Shown: positions 62,723 through 64,000 of the stretch, in pieces
Layout: each line of letters opens with the position of its first letter
Position numbering within the stretch: the first letter of the stretch is position 1
Origin: Podarcis tiliguerta
Taxonomy: Eukaryota
Strand: one strand, 5' to 3'
DNA: 64,000 nt
NCBI GenBank assembly: GCA_965153285.1
Contig: OZ229118.1
The notes under the pieces: model-generated
Told to the model about the DNA's origin: nothing
What the model saw: only the letters and a program-made list of their open reading frames with translations
Database searches by the model: none
Position numbers and translations under genes: made by a program

Positions 62723-63236
62723 GTACAGGAGTGTTGAACTACTGCACGTGCCAGTGGCAATTATGTCCTGGTTACACCTCTAGGACCCACCCTTTCCCAA
62801 ATTCCTGTTCCTGAAGCAACCCCTTGGCTGGTATTGCACTGATGAATTTGGCATGTTCCTGAATAATGCATGTCTATTGAGTAACATAGATAACTTTTTC
62901 TACTTTGATTTGGGAAAGCTTGGAAGAGAAAAGAGAAACCCAATAGGGTTGTTGCCCAATGTGCATTTTGAGGAAGAATGTCCCATGTCCCACTAAGAGT
63001 TGCTGCTTCAACACTACTTCCTATTAGGTCAAATGATTTCTGTTTGCCTATTGGTTCAAGGTTTCTTTGCATGTTTTTAAATATTGGTTTGCAGAACCTT
63101 TAATGGAGTTTTAACAACTATGCTTCAGTGCTTCCTGATTCATTCATTTCCCCCTTGCTTTAATCAACTAACCTCTTTTGTACAATTTATTTAAAGCAAC
63201 CACTTTAATTTATGAATTTTGTTCTTTGACCAACAG

Positions 63237-63320
63237 TCTGATGATATGCCCGAAATGCCACCAGAAGCTGTAACAGAGGAGCAGTACACAGATGAACATG
63301 GCCATATTGTGGTGAAGAAG
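63237..63320 (+). CDS. ANK2: ANK2 exon, C-terminal domain, 84 nt
   Basis: caacag|TCTGAT...AAGAAG|gtacaa; [28 protein letters not shown]. Confidence 0.93.
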
Positions 63321-64000
63321 GTACAATTTAACATTAAGATGTTGACTTAATGGGAAATGCAGGAAGAGCAGGGGTTTTCTTTGTAAATTAAAGCTACGCT
63401 TGGGTCCTTTTGTGTGCTATGGAGTTAAATTAAAAGCCTACAATGAGACTCCTTCAGTGTCTGTTAATGATTGGGGTTTTTCTGGTCTGTGTCAGTTTCA
63501 CATATATTCCATCCTGTTTCTGCATTAGCATTATTTTTTGCACATCTCTTCACAAAATGCATTTTTTGATGCACAGACTGGACTAAATCCTCAGAACTCT
63601 GTCTATTCCAATGGGAATTGGACACTTTAGTGGCATTCCTGGCCCAAACTGCAGACTAACATGTTGATATGTGCTCATTCTACATGGCACGTCAAGGACA
63701 AGCTGGCACAAACTGGGGCAGCAGTGGCTGTGACAACTACTGCAATAAAATTTCTATGCGGTCACAAAGGAAGCCACAGTTGTCAATCTCACATAAGTTA
63801 CTTCTATGATGCCCTGCAGAGCACCTTTGAGGCCTAGTTAGTAACCCAGGAACACACTCAACAGCATGAGTTTTCCTCTATATCAGGGCTTTGTTGGTGG
63901 AAAACAATACATCAGAATCAGCGTGAAGGTTGGTAATAAAAGTATCCAAGGCTGCAATCCATGCACACTTAGCCTGGATAACACCCACTGAGCACAGTGG

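Larger units (their letters stand above)
881..63320 (+). other. ANK2: ANK2 (ankyrin-B) gene body, partial: ankyrin repeat 17 to C-terminal regulatory domain
   Basis: Chain of GT-AG exons with compatible phases translating to recognisable ankyrin-B sequence (e.g. [72 protein letters not shown]). The gene extends beyond both window ends. Confidence 0.97.

Overview
Vertebrate genomic DNA lying entirely inside the ankyrin-2 gene (ANK2, ankyrin-B) on the + strand. The repeat content (Sauria SINE, Squam3-like SINE, tRNA-Lys/CR1-tail SINE, L2 and CR1 tails) points to a squamate, probably a lacertid lizard. I resolved 28 GT-AG coding exons with consistent reading phase. They encode ankyrin repeats 17-24, the linker, ZU5-ZU5-UPA, the 6009-nt neuronal giant exon (47527-53535), the death domain and most of the C-terminal regulatory domain; the gene starts before and ends after the window. 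Introns hold hAT and Tc1/mariner-type MITEs, SINEs and LINE 3' fragments. There is no prokaryotic system, CRISPR array or RNA gene. The most novel-looking signal is a set of candidate unannotated small exons. A 17-nt exon plus an upstream acceptor would give a second in-frame entry into the giant exon and build a YPxxFVDPP tandem repeat across the splice junction. There are also 9-nt, 18-nt and 57-nt frame-preserving candidates. The giant-exon tandem repeat has a 9-aa period instead of the 12-aa period of mammals. Homology calls are from recognition of the sequence, not from database searches.
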